Below are positions 19,042 to 28,742 of a stretch of DNA of 60,277 nt, piece by piece. Position numbers and translations under genes: made by a program. Source of the stretch: a virus (lineage: Duplodnaviria; Caudoviricetes); the IMG/VR virus record IMGVR_UViG_3300042475_003740, positions 1 to 60,277 of that record. The stretch is one strand, 5' to 3'. The notes beneath the pieces are model-generated. The model did not search any database and was not told where the DNA came from. It worked only from the letters and a program-made list of their open reading frames with translations. Every line of letters begins with the position of its first letter. The first letter of the stretch is position 1.

Positions 19042-22000
19042 CAGATCCCCTGCACGCTGCGCAACAGGCCGGCGTTGCTGGGCATCACCACCTGCAGGCT
19101 CATGTCCTTCCGCCGCAGGGCCGAGATTTCCATGCGCAGCGCCGCGATCTCCCGCTCCAGGTTTCCGGTGCGGATGCTGCCGGCTGCCATGGGCCGATCG
19201 AAGGCGCCGGCATCCTTGAGGCGACCGGTCAGGCCAGCCGGTAGCACGGTGCCGCGAGCCGGGGGACGCCAGAGGCCACGGGTGGGGGCATTGATGAGCG
19301 ACAGCCGGCCACCAGAGAGGAGGGCCTCCTGCCCCAGCTCGTTCACCCGGTAGGCGGTGCCGGGCTCCACCGGACCACCAGACCAGCGAGCCTGGGGCGT
19401 GGCAGCGATGCGCTGCAGGGTGTCGAGCAGGGCCTGGGCGTTGGTGTTGGCATTGGCGTAGCCGGTGGCAAGGTCTGCGCTGGCCTGCGCGGCAGACGCG
19501 CTGGCGGATCCGATTTCCTCGACGGTGGTGAGGATCTGCACCGTCTGGCCTGCAGCGGAAACAAACCCGGCGCTTACCTGCTGGACGCTGGCGGCCACGT
19601 TGCTGGTCGCCCGGGCGGATTCGTCGAGGCTGTTGAGCGAACCACTCACGGACTGCTCAAACCCCTGCGCTGCCGCCTGTGCCCTGAACCCATTGGCGGT
19701 GGTCTGCTGCTGGGCCAGCAGGGCCTGATTCTGCAGGCCGAACACCGCGCCGAGGGTCTGCAGGCGGCCCGCTTCGGCCTGCTGCTGCTGCTGAGCGAGG
19801 GCGAGGGTTTGGCGCTGCAGCTGAACCTGCTGCTGCACATTGGCCCGCTCGCTGGCCGTGAGGCTCGGATCGAGGGCCTGCCCCTGCAGCCCCAGTAGCC
19901 CCTTCCTGGCCTCCAGCACAGCACCCGCCGCTGCCCGCTGCGCTGATTGCGCGTCGAGCAGCTCCTGGGCCTGCTTGAGCTGCAGCACCTTCCGCTCCAG
20001 CTCGAACCGCTGAGCGGCGGCATTGATCTGGGCCTCCAGGGCCCGGCGGTCGAGGTCTGAGGCGCCGCGCTTCAGGCCAGCGATGTTCTCCTCCTGCCGG
20101 CGGATGGCATCAGCCCCGGCGCCGCGCTGCTGCAGCCGCTGCAGCTCAGCCTCTGCGCCCTGGATGGCGAACTGCTGCCGGGCGCGATCGACGCCGAACA
20201 GCGACTCAGCCAGCCCCTGCTGCGCCTGCTGCAGCGCCAGCTGGGCGTCAAGCACCTGCTGCTGTGCCCGCAACCTGGTGGTGGCCACCTGATCAGCGCG
20301 ACCTTCGATGTCGAGGGCGGCCTGAGCCACCTGCAGGCGACCCTGCGCCAGCGTCAGCGCCTGCTGCCGGCGCTCCACCTCTACCTTGGCCCCCTCGGCT
20401 TCGAGCTTGGCGATCTCCAGTACCTTCTGAGCGCGGGCGGATTGGGCGGTGAGGATCTCTTTCTGGTTGTTGGCGCCGCTGCCCCTGGCTGCTTCCAGCT
20501 TGCCGATCAGGTCGTCCAGCCCGCTGATCTCCTCCCGCAGTCCCCGCGTCCGCGCCTGCCTGAGCCTGGCATCGGCGTCGACCTGGGCGAGCTTCCCATC
20601 GGTGATGCGACCGGTGAGTGCAGCCTCAGTCCGCAACAGGTTGATCTGCTCCTGCTGGCTGGAGGTGGCGTTGAGCTTTTGCTGGGCCTGAGCCTGTTCC
20701 TCCAGGCGTTGGGTGATGGCTTGGGCGGCGGCGGCTCGTTGCAGTTCCTCGCTCTTAAGATCTCTATTCTGCCTCCTGTAGGCAATTGCGAGCTGCTCAA
20801 ATATCCCCAGGACTCGCTCGTACCCTTCGCCATCGATCTTAAATGCACCGCTTATAGGATCTTGCGGTAGACGTGCGAGCCTTGCTGCATTCTCGAAGGT
20901 CTTTTTGTAGACTTCATCACCTAAACTGTATTCTTTCCGGATATTGCGCAAGTTCCCGATAAGGCCAGCCGCGTCATTGCCGAGAGACCCTATACTGCTT
21001 GACAGGCCAAGCTGTACGCCTTCCTGTTGAAGTTTCAGCTCATCAATCGCCAGCGTGAGCTGCTTGACCGTGGCCGTGACGAGCGGCAGCAGGTTCTGGC
21101 CGAACGAAACCTGCAACTCTTCCCATGCGTTGGTGAACCGCTGCAGGTTCTGCGCCGCCGTTGGCATCCCCGCCGAGCCCTCCGTCAGCTCGTTCAGCCC
21201 CTTGGTGAACGCGGGGAAGAACTTGTTGGCCGACAGCTGACCGGTCTCCACCAGCTTGATCAGCTCCTTGGTGCTCAGCCCCAGGCCGCGGGCGGTGGCG
21301 GACAGGGCGATCGGCAGGCGTTCCCCGAGCTGCTGACGGAGCTCCTCCATGCTGACGGTGCCTTTCGAGGCGATCTGCTGCAGCGCCAGGAACGCGCCGT
21401 TCACCTCATCGTTCGACAGGCCCAGTGCCATCCCCGCCCGTGAGACGGACTTGAACAGCTCCTGCTGCTGATCGAGTGGCACGTTCGCCGCGGTGGCGGC
21501 AGCCGTGAACCGCCCATAGCTGCCCACCAGGTCGCGGAACGACAGGCCTAGCTCATCACTCACCCCCCGCACAAACCCCAGCGCCGCGCCGGCACCCTGG
21601 GCGCCGAGGGTGTTGGTGAGCCGGCGGGTTGCGGTCTCCAGCTGGATCGCCTGCTGAATCGAGCTGCGGAAGAACTGCGTCACCGTCAGCCCGACGCCGG
21701 CCACCCCCAGCGCACCCAGCGCACCCTGCACCAGGCCGACCCCCCGGGCCGCCAGACCGCCAGCATCCCCGGCCTTTCGCAGCTCCCGTTCAACGCCCCG
21801 GATCTCTCGTTGCAGCTCGCGGAACCGGCGGGAGCCGATCGCTACCTCGCCGATCTGATTGTTGAGCTCCGCCAGCCGAGAGCGGAGCGCCACCACGCTG
21901 CTGGGATCAGCGTTGATCAGCAGGCGGCGGCGGTTCAGTGAGTCGAGCTGCCCCTGTACCTCCAGGATGCGGCGCTGGATGACCTCCACCCCCTCGCCGC

Positions 22001-22532
22001 TGGTGGTGCGCGACTGAATCCGCTGCAGCCGGCTCAGCTCCTGGCTCAGTCCCTGAGCGGTGCCGAGGTTGGGGCGGAATGCTCTGGCGGCCTGCGCCGC
22101 ACGGCCGAGGGCCTGCTCGACGCCCCGGATCTCCCGCTGCAGCTGCTTGAAGCGCTCGCCGCCGATGGCCACGCGGTTCAGTTCGCCGTTCAGCTCATCA
22201 AGCCGGGAGCTGAGGGCCAGCACGCTGTTGGGATCGGCATTCAGGATGATGCGGCGGCGGTTGATGCCTTCGATCAGCTGGCTGATCTCTCTGATCCTGA
22301 CGCCCGCCTTCTCGAATGCGGTGCTGTCCACTGCCACACGGGTCTGCCGGCGCTCCAGGCGGGCCAGCTCCTGCTGCAGTGCTGCGAGGCTTCTGTTGCT
22401 GAACCCCCGGACCCCCTCGTCGATTCCCTTCCCGATCGCCTGGCCCGACTGCTGTGCCCGGCGGTCCAGCTGGTCGAATCCCCGGAGCAGGTCCTGGAAG
22501 TCGCCCCCGACCCGGAACTCGTATGCGCTCAT
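19041..22532 (-). CDS. tail tape measure protein
   Basis: 1163 aa, helical; LQQIASKGTVSMEELRQQLGERLP tape-measure domain; C-terminal GGPV...YRVNELGQE. Confidence 0.92.
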   Translation of the reverse strand: MSAYEFRVGGDFQDLLRGFDQLDRRAQQSGQAIGKGIDEGVRGFSNRSLAALQQELARLERRQTRVAVDSTAFEKAGVRIREISQLIEGINRRRIILNADPNSVLALSSRLDELNGELNRVAIGGERFKQLQREIRGVEQALGRAAQAARAFRPNLGTAQGLSQELSRLQRIQSRTTSGEGVEVIQRRILEVQGQLDSLNRRRLLINADPSSVVALRSRLAELNNQIGEVAIGSRRFRELQREIRGVERELRKAGDAGGLAARGVGLVQGALGALGVAGVGLTVTQFFRSSIQQAIQLETATRRLTNTLGAQGAGAALGFVRGVSDELGLSFRDLVGSYGRFTAAATAANVPLDQQQELFKSVSRAGMALGLSNDEVNGAFLALQQIASKGTVSMEELRQQLGERLPIALSATARGLGLSTKELIKLVETGQLSANKFFPAFTKGLNELTEGSAGMPTAAQNLQRFTNAWEELQVSFGQNLLPLVTATVKQLTLAIDELKLQQEGVQLGLSSSIGSLGNDAAGLIGNLRNIRKEYSLGDEVYKKTFENAARLARLPQDPISGAFKIDGEGYERVLGIFEQLAIAYRRQNRDLKSEELQRAAAAQAITQRLEEQAQAQQKLNATSSQQEQINLLRTEAALTGRITDGKLAQVDADARLRQARTRGLREEISGLDDLIGKLEAARGSGANNQKEILTAQSARAQKVLEIAKLEAEGAKVEVERRQQALTLAQGRLQVAQAALDIEGRADQVATTRLRAQQQVLDAQLALQQAQQGLAESLFGVDRARQQFAIQGAEAELQRLQQRGAGADAIRRQEENIAGLKRGASDLDRRALEAQINAAAQRFELERKVLQLKQAQELLDAQSAQRAAAGAVLEARKGLLGLQGQALDPSLTASERANVQQQVQLQRQTLALAQQQQQAEAGRLQTLGAVFGLQNQALLAQQQTTANGFRAQAAAQGFEQSVSGSLNSLDESARATSNVAASVQQVSAGFVSAAGQTVQILTTVEEIGSASASAAQASADLATGYANANTNAQALLDTLQRIAATPQARWSGGPVEPGTAYRVNELGQEALLSGGRLSLINAPTRGLWRPPARGTVLPAGLTGRLKDAGAFDRPMAAGSIRTGNLEREIAALRMEISALRRKDMSLQVVMPSNAGLLRSVQGI

Positions 22533-22951
22533 AGCACCTCCGCATAGGTCGGGTTCGACCAGGTGACGACCGTCTGATCCATCACGCCGATCCCGCTACC
22601 GGGTGCGTCACCCTGCTGTGAGGCGGTGGCCCCGGGCAGCAGCAGCAGCACCCGCTGCGTCAGGGCCTGCAGGGTGGCTGCAGCGCCCCAGCCCACCAGG
22701 TAGATGCGCCAGGTCGGGTTCGGCGAGACGCCATCCTGCATGGTCTGCGGGGCGAACCCAGGCACCCGGGTGATGGCCACCTCGATCCCGTTGCTGACGG
22801 TGCCCTCCGGCAGCTTCTCGTTGGCTGCGAACGCCCCGATTGCCGCCCGGACGGTGCCGTTGGGCAGGGTGTAGGTGCCCAGACCGGCGCTGATCACCGG
22901 ATCAGCCGCCAGCAGGTCGTAGATCGCTTCAGCGGTGGCGGGGAGGGGCAT
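22529..22951 (-). CDS. tail terminator-like protein
   Basis: AIYDLLAADP N-terminus; tail operon position. Confidence 0.6.
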   Translation of the reverse strand: MPLPATAEAIYDLLAADPVISAGLGTYTLPNGTVRAAIGAFAANEKLPEGTVSNGIEVAITRVPGFAPQTMQDGVSPNPTWRIYLVGWGAAATLQALTQRVLLLLPGATASQQGDAPGSGIGVMDQTVVTWSNPTYAEVL

Positions 22952-23003
22952 GCCTCAGCTTTCCGCCCCACCCCCGGCAAACTTCCCCAACCGCCGCGAG
23001 GCC

Positions 23004-23204
23004 ATGCCTGAGGAACTCCCGCTGCATGAGCAGCTCCGCAACCACCAGTGGCGGCAGATGATCGAGACGGCTGGCCCCGGCGACACCGACAACCTCAAGC
23101 GCATCGCCCTGGCGATCCTCGACTACTCCGTCACATCCCGCCTGTTCGCCCTGCAGGCTGCCGCCGCTGGGCTGCCCAGGCAGCAGAAAGCCCCGACCGC
23201 CTGA
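23004..23204 (+). CDS. small hypothetical protein
   Basis: MPEELPLHEQL...; GGCAAACT motif 28 nt upstream. Confidence 0.5.
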   Translation: MPEELPLHEQLRNHQWRQMIETAGPGDTDNLKRIALAILDYSVTSRLFALQAAAAGLPRQQKAPTA

Positions 23205-23231
23205 GCAGCCGGGGCCCTGCCTACCCGGTGA

Positions 23232-24071
23232 TCACTTCTCGATCTGGTAGGGGCCGTAGCCGGCGATCGAGCTGTTGTACTTGATCACCGAGCCGGCCTC
23301 GCTGGGCTCCTCAAACGAGGGGAAGCGCCCGTAGCCGTAGCAGACCTGGTTCACGCCCTGGGGGCCAGAGCGGGCGTATTTGAGCATCAGGCCCTGGTCC
23401 ACCTTGTGCTTGGAGCCGAACCGCATCAGCCAGTAGGCCGCGTCGCTGAAGTTGGTCTGACCGGCAACGCTCCAGCTCACGCTCTGGCTGGTGGAGGCCG
23501 ACTTGTCGAAGCCGGCGGCCTCATCGTCGTAGACCACCAGGCTGTCGGTGTTCTCGCCCTCGTTCGGGCTGCAGTTCTGCAGGCCCAGCAGGCGTACCGG
23601 GGCGTCGGTCCCGTCGAGCTTCAGCGCGCCCGACATGGCGGTGCCGGCGGTGACAGCGGCGCTGGTGATGCTGCCGGCGTGCGCGAACGTGAGGGTGAAC
23701 GGCGTTGAGGTTGTCACCGCCGTCACGGTCTTCACGCCGTTCAGCGGGGCAGCGGTGCCGGTGAGGCCCTCCACCACGATCACCGAGCTGTTGGCGATGC
23801 CGTGGGCCGCCGCGAAGGTCAGCGTCGCGGTGCCGGTGGCTGCCTCCACGTTGGTGATGGCCTTGGGCACACCGGAGAACAGCTTGAAGTCGGTGCCGGT
23901 GCCGTACTGCACCACCCGGTTGGTGTTGGGCATCAGGGTGGTGTTGTCGATGAACTTGCTTGCACCCAGACCGCTCTGCGGCACCAGGGTGGCAAGGTCA
24001 ACCACGTCCTTTTTGATCACCTGGAAGAACAGCTTGAAGCCAAAGCCAAGGTGATAATTCTCGACAGCCAT
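23232..24071 (-). CDS. major tail tube protein with an inserted beta domain
   Basis: Tail-tube-like C-terminus (SVSWSVAGQ...YGYGRF...IKYNSSIAGYG); insert ATLTFAAAHGI. Confidence 0.7.
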   Translation of the reverse strand: MAVENYHLGFGFKLFFQVIKKDVVDLATLVPQSGLGASKFIDNTTLMPNTNRVVQYGTGTDFKLFSGVPKAITNVEAATGTATLTFAAAHGIANSSVIVVEGLTGTAAPLNGVKTVTAVTTSTPFTLTFAHAGSITSAAVTAGTAMSGALKLDGTDAPVRLLGLQNCSPNEGENTDSLVVYDDEAAGFDKSASTSQSVSWSVAGQTNFSDAAYWLMRFGSKHKVDQGLMLKYARSGPQGVNQVCYGYGRFPSFEEPSEAGSVIKYNSSIAGYGPYQIEK

Positions 24072-24168
24072 GGAATGCAGGAAGATCCGTCATTCCCAGC
24101 AGGCCCGGAGCGGGTAAGCCGCCCCCACGGCTTAGGAAACCTTGGGGCATCCCCACCAGATCCGGCCT

Positions 24169-24489
24169 GTGCCCTGCTATCCCCGCGGTGTCTGCCACGT
24201 GCCGCAGAACAAGCGCAAGCCGTGGCAGGCCCGCGTCTGGTATCGCGGCCGGTACTGGAGCCTGGGCTACTTCGACAGCGTGATCGCCGCAGAGATCAGG
24301 GTGAATCGGGTGTATCGGGAGATTCAGCAATGGTCAGCTGAGCAGCTGCCGCCGCCCACACTGCACTCGAGGATTCGTCGGTGGGAACAACAAAACGCCC
24401 CACCACCAGCGGATCCCCCGGCCAGCGAAACTCCCGCACCTGACCCGATGCCGTGTCCTCTGCCACCAGGAAACCCCGCCAGCCGGTAG
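24169..24489 (+). CDS. AP2-domain-like DNA-binding protein
   Basis: YPRGV...KPWQARVWYRGRYWSLGYFDS..AA matches the AP2 pattern; GGAAACCT at 24135. Confidence 0.55.
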   Translation: MPCYPRGVCHVPQNKRKPWQARVWYRGRYWSLGYFDSVIAAEIRVNRVYREIQQWSAEQLPPPTLHSRIRRWEQQNAPPPADPPASETPAPDPMPCPLPPGNPASR

Positions 24490-25548
24490 CGGTGGGGCTG
24501 GGCGCCAGCAGGATGGCATCGTCAGCGACCAGGGCCAGCCGTACCGGCGGCGGATGATCGCGGCCGACGGGCTCCAGTACATCGAAGAACGCCATGGCGA
24601 ACGGCGGGAACCGCTCAACGTCGAGCAGCGCGAGCATGGCGGCACCGGCGGCCGGCGGCGGGCCCTGGCTGGCCTGCTGCTGGCGGAACAGATACAGGTC
24701 GTCCAGTGACGGGATCTGCCCGGCGTTGGTGGCGTTGACGGCCACCAGGCGTTGATGGAGGAAGGCGATCGGCTGCTCCTGGAGGTGCAGCAGGTTCAGC
24801 CGGTCCTCTTCGCCCCGGCGGATCGCTTCGAAGGTGTAGTCGATCGGCGTGAACGCGAACCGCTCGGGGCTGAAGGCAGGGTCGGCGGGCCAGAGGGTGC
24901 GGGCTCGCCAGAAGATGTCGGCCCAGTCGATGCCTCCACCGTCACCTCCATCGGCGGGGGCGGCTCCGCGGCGGGCGGCGGCGCGAGCTTTCCCAGGTCG
25001 GCGATCATCCCCTCCACGATCTCCTCGGTGCTGCGCTGCGGGATGCCGTGGTCGCGCTCATCATCAAGGAAGGTGGCGAGCGCCGCGATGATCGGCTGCG
25101 GCAGCTGGGCCTCGGTGTCGGCATCGCACCAGCCGCTCTGGCCTGCGACGCGGAAGCGGACGGCAGCGGTGGCCTTGCGGATCTGCTGTTCCTGCAGCTC
25201 AGCGGTGAGGCTGCATTCAGCGGCGGCGATCAGGCGGCCATGGCGGAGCATGGCCCGGCGCTCAGCAGCGGTGAGCGTCGCGGTGCCCGGCAGCATCCGG
25301 GAAGTGAGGATGCGCACGGCAGAGGATTCGGCCTGAACGTCCTCGAAGCCGTCACCGATCAGCGCATCAGCCAGCAGGCCCGCTTCAGCGTTGAAGGCGT
25401 GCTGGTACCGGTGGGCGGCGATGTGGATCACCTCCCCGGCCAGCAGGGCGCCGCGGATCGGTAGCTCGATGGTCACCGGCTGATCGCCGACCGTCGTCTC
25501 GATGACACGGGTCTGCGGATCGCCCTGGGCGAAGGGGAACGGCGGCAT
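24296..25548 (-). CDS. tail assembly chaperone G (24796-25548) and -1 frameshift product GT (to 24296)
   Basis: Slippery GGGAAAG at 24988-24994 (D-L-G-K). The -1 frame is open through IDWADIFW... into the 24296-24745 ORF. Confidence 0.75.
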
Positions 25549-25569
25549 GGTGCCGGAGGTGGTGGGGGT

Positions 25570-25769
25570 GCCTCAGGTTTCCGGCTGTCAGCGGTGGGCC
25601 CGCATGTACCCCAACCATCAGCCGCCGCGACGGTCTCCCCCCGCGCGAACGCCTCGATCACCCAGCTACCGGTGCCGATCGGCACACCGGTGCGGAAGTT
25701 TGCGGGCGCCGCCACCGGCTGGGGGATCAGCAGCCGCAGGTTGGCGTAGGGGGCGAAGTCGGTGGGCAT
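25570..25769 (-). pseudogene. deleted remnant of the head-closure and tail-completion gene pair
   Basis: 25641-25769 is near-identical to 27593-27721; 25570-25617 is similar to 26706-26753. Confidence 0.75.
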
Positions 25770-26686
25770 CAGCGGCGGCGGCGGCGAGGAGTCGGATTCC
25801 TGCTGTAAAAGTCCTCAGCCTTTCTTAGTGTTCGGATGCTCTTTTCCATTTTTGCTACTTTTTTCATCGCAGGGCTGTTGCGACGAAGATCCTTGCCGCT
25901 CAAATTGCCAATGGCTTCAGTACGTCTTGCGCCAAGCGCCGTCGCTTTTGTTGCCGCTCTGTCGGCTCTTGTAAATTGCTTTCTTGCGCCGCGTGACGGA
26001 CCGAGCCTTGATTGTCCGCTGAAATTAAATTTTGAGCCGCTTCTAACCTTATCGACTCCGTCAAACAAGTTTCTTTGTTGAGAAGTTCGATACCTGATCT
26101 TCAGGGAGCCCTGCTTAAGCATCGGGCCATACGAGCCAGGGGCTTCTCTCCCTGTTTCGATCAGTTTCCGAGCCCTTTCCCTTTGTGCTGCCGTCGCCTG
26201 CTTCCGAGTCCGCCCTGTGGCGGCGATAGAAGTCGCCCCCGCCTTCGTCCCCACCGGCTTCCGCTTCTGCCCGGCAATCCGTTTCTGAGCCCTCTCCAGC
26301 CGTTTTTGCGCGTTCTCGGCCGGCGCCGGCTTGCCGTCCCAACTGCGAGCCCCTTTGTTCAGCCCGGCCTTCTGACGACGCTCGATGTTCTTGCTTGTGG
26401 CGTTCTGGAGTCTCGCCGTCTCCACGTCGCTCTTGCGGATCATCCCCGCCCCTGCCAGCCGCACCGGGCCCTTGGCCACCACCTTCCCCCGCCGCTTCCC
26501 ACTGGCCGTCCTGAGCCGTCCCCCGCGAGCGGTAGCACCGTCACCACCAACGCTGGTGATCCTGCCGGAGTTGTCCCTGGTCAGGCGGTTCTTGCCGCGC
26601 TTCACCATCCTGGTGGCGGGCCTGCCGCTGCCACCACCACCAGAGGCGAACCGACCTCTGTTGTCCCTCTTGTAGGTGCGAGCCAC
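25769..26686 (-). CDS. highly basic R/K-rich protein (MARTYKRDNRGRF...)
   Basis: RDxxGRF repeats and extreme positive charge; late motif upstream. Confidence 0.7.
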   Translation of the reverse strand: MARTYKRDNRGRFASGGGGSGRPATRMVKRGKNRLTRDNSGRITSVGGDGATARGGRLRTASGKRRGKVVAKGPVRLAGAGMIRKSDVETARLQNATSKNIERRQKAGLNKGARSWDGKPAPAENAQKRLERAQKRIAGQKRKPVGTKAGATSIAATGRTRKQATAAQRERARKLIETGREAPGSYGPMLKQGSLKIRYRTSQQRNLFDGVDKVRSGSKFNFSGQSRLGPSRGARKQFTRADRAATKATALGARRTEAIGNLSGKDLRRNSPAMKKVAKMEKSIRTLRKAEDFYSRNPTPRRRRR

Positions 26687-26723
26687 GGCGAAGCGTCAGT
26701 GCGTTGCCTCAGGTTTCCGGCTG

Positions 26724-27236
26724 TCAGCGGCGAGCCCGCATGTAGCCGAGCCAGACGTTTTGGAGCCGCTCGCCGAGGTTGTAGACCTGCACGCCGGGGA
26801 CGTTCTCCTGCCCCATCACGGCGCGGGTCCAGGGGCGGGCGGGGAGGTGCACGCGGCGGGCTTTCCTGTTGCCCCAGGGATAGATCATCGCCCCCTCATG
26901 CACGGCGGTGGCATAGTCAGCCGACCAGGCGAAGGTGGCCTCGTACGGGCCGCTCATCCGCCAACTGCCGGTCTGGCGCAGGTTGCCCGAGTCGATGATG
27001 TTGCGGGGGCTGCCGCCACGGATGCCCTCGCCCCTGTTGTAGCTGGCGATCTTCTCCGCCAGCGTGGCGCCGTTCAGCTTCCGGGTCGGCAGGTCGCGGG
27101 GCCACTGCCAGGCCTTGGCCGTGAAGCTCTGCTGAAACGCCCCGTTCAGCTCTGCCATCACCACCCTGGTGGCTGCCCGTGCCGCCTGCTCAGCCTGTAC
27201 CCGGAGGCTGCCGGTGACGGTGACGCGGGTGCTCAT
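26724..27236 (-). CDS. tail completion protein (HK97 gp10-like)
   Basis: IIDSGNLRQ, YATAVHEG and PARPW motifs. Confidence 0.7.
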   Translation of the reverse strand: MSTRVTVTGSLRVQAEQAARAATRVVMAELNGAFQQSFTAKAWQWPRDLPTRKLNGATLAEKIASYNRGEGIRGGSPRNIIDSGNLRQTGSWRMSGPYEATFAWSADYATAVHEGAMIYPWGNRKARRVHLPARPWTRAVMGQENVPGVQVYNLGERLQNVWLGYMRARR

Positions 27237-27721
27237 GCTGCTACCTGCAGCTCGACGGTGATCGCATCGCCGAGCACCTCGCGCAGCTCTGCGCCGATCC
27301 CACCAGGGCCGTAGCTGCCGGCCAGGCCCAGGATGGTGGCCTCCCCCTGCTGACCACTGGCCGCGATCGTCGGCAGGCTGGGCAGCACCCCGAGGAACCC
27401 CCGGCCGCCCATCCCGGTGAGCAGCCCCGCGGGGGCCAGGCCGGTGTCAGTCCAGGTGAATGCCGAGCGGGCCGCCAGCCAGGAGGTGTTTGCCGGCAGG
27501 GTGGCCCAGGCGGTGATGTAGCCGGCGAGGGTGCGCACGCTCGGGTCGATGCTGGGCAGGGGAGCGCCGGGCGTGCCGGCAGCCTGCTGGGCCCGGGCGA
27601 AGCACTCGATCACCCAGCTACCGGTGCCGATCGGCACACCGGTGCGGAAGTTCGCGGGCGCCGCCGCCGGCTGGGGGATCAGCAGCCGCAGGTTGGCGTA
27701 GGGGGCGAAGTCGGTGGGCAT
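27233..27721 (-). CDS. putative head closure protein
   Basis: Position between the adaptor-like and gp10-like genes. Confidence 0.5.
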   Translation of the reverse strand: MPTDFAPYANLRLLIPQPAAAPANFRTGVPIGTGSWVIECFARAQQAAGTPGAPLPSIDPSVRTLAGYITAWATLPANTSWLAARSAFTWTDTGLAPAGLLTGMGGRGFLGVLPSLPTIAASGQQGEATILGLAGSYGPGGIGAELREVLGDAITVELQVAA

Positions 27722-27724
27722 GGC

Positions 27725-28225
27725 TCAGCTCCGCAGCAGCCGTGCATCCCCGCCATCCCCGTCGTAGGGCTTGATGCCGAGGGTCTGGAAAATCTTCCGC
27801 TTCAGATCCGCCACCCGGGCGTGGAGCACCCCACCTGCGGTGGAGTCGCCGCGGGTGCCGGCCTGGTAGGCGACCTTCAACAGCGAGCTGTCCCACTCGA
27901 GCACGTCCGCCTTGGTCTGCCGGTCCTGGCGGGTGAGGGTGACGCCCGGCGTGGGGCCTTCGTAGCTCTGGACGTTGCCGAGGTGGGCGGTGCCGTTTGA
28001 CACCTTCGTCGCCCAGCTGGCCTCCAGGGTTTCCACCTCATCGATCCAGGCCTGCACCTGGGTGACGGTGACGGCCGACACCTCCGCAACGCGATTCATG
28101 ATCGCGGTCAGCTGCGTCAGGTTGTAGGCCGACAGGGGCCAGAGCGCATACCCCCGGATTAGCTCCCGGTCGTTCTTCGGGCTGGTGCGCCAGGCGGCAT
28201 TGAGGGCAGGGATGGTGGCCGGCAT
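27725..28225 (-). CDS. putative head-tail adaptor protein
   Basis: KADVLEW motif; first gene of the neck operon; late motif upstream. Confidence 0.55.
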   Translation of the reverse strand: MPATIPALNAAWRTSPKNDRELIRGYALWPLSAYNLTQLTAIMNRVAEVSAVTVTQVQAWIDEVETLEASWATKVSNGTAHLGNVQSYEGPTPGVTLTRQDRQTKADVLEWDSSLLKVAYQAGTRGDSTAGGVLHARVADLKRKIFQTLGIKPYDGDGGDARLLRS

Positions 28226-28295
28226 CGTCTGGCGCGGGGCGTTGGCTCAGGTTTCCGGCCCTCACCGGAAACCTCACCACAGCAGCACCCTGGGG

Positions 28296-28706
28296 ATGGC
28301 CCGAACCTACCGACGCGACGGCAGAGGCCGTTTCAGCTCCACCGGCGGATCGCTGAAAGCCCGCTCCAGTGCCAGGGCCAGCCGCCAGAAGCTCGCCGCG
28401 GCACAGGCTGCCGGGAAGCCCGCCGCCTCGATCCGGGCGCAGAAGGGTGCCGTCACTCGCACCACCAAGGCGGCGAAGGCTGCGAGGGTTGAGAACCGCC
28501 GGACGCTGGGGGCGAAGCGCTCCGGGGTGGTGGCGAAACCGAAGGGCCTGAAGCCCGGCGCACTGGCCGCCAGCCAGGCACGGAAAGCCGCACGTCGGCA
28601 GCCTCCTGCTGCAGTTCGTGCGCTGGCCAGGGCCGGTGCCGCCACGTTCGTCGCCGGGCAGATGGCGCGGGCGCGGGTTGACCGGATGCTGCGGCGCCGC
28701 CGCTGA
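28296..28706 (+). CDS. highly basic protein (MARTYRRDGRGRF...), paralog of 25769-26686
   Basis: Shared N-terminus; GGAAACCT at 28267. Confidence 0.7.
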   Translation: MARTYRRDGRGRFSSTGGSLKARSSARASRQKLAAAQAAGKPAASIRAQKGAVTRTTKAAKAARVENRRTLGAKRSGVVAKPKGLKPGALAASQARKAARRQPPAAVRALARAGAATFVAGQMARARVDRMLRRRR

Positions 28707-28742
28707 CCCGGAAACCTAAGCCGCCCCCCACCCACCAATCCC

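Noticed and set aside
25641-27721. Diversity-generating retroelement TR/VR pair
   Set aside because: No reverse transcriptase is evident in the window, the repeat is at a gene 5' end, and the mismatches are not confined to adenines.
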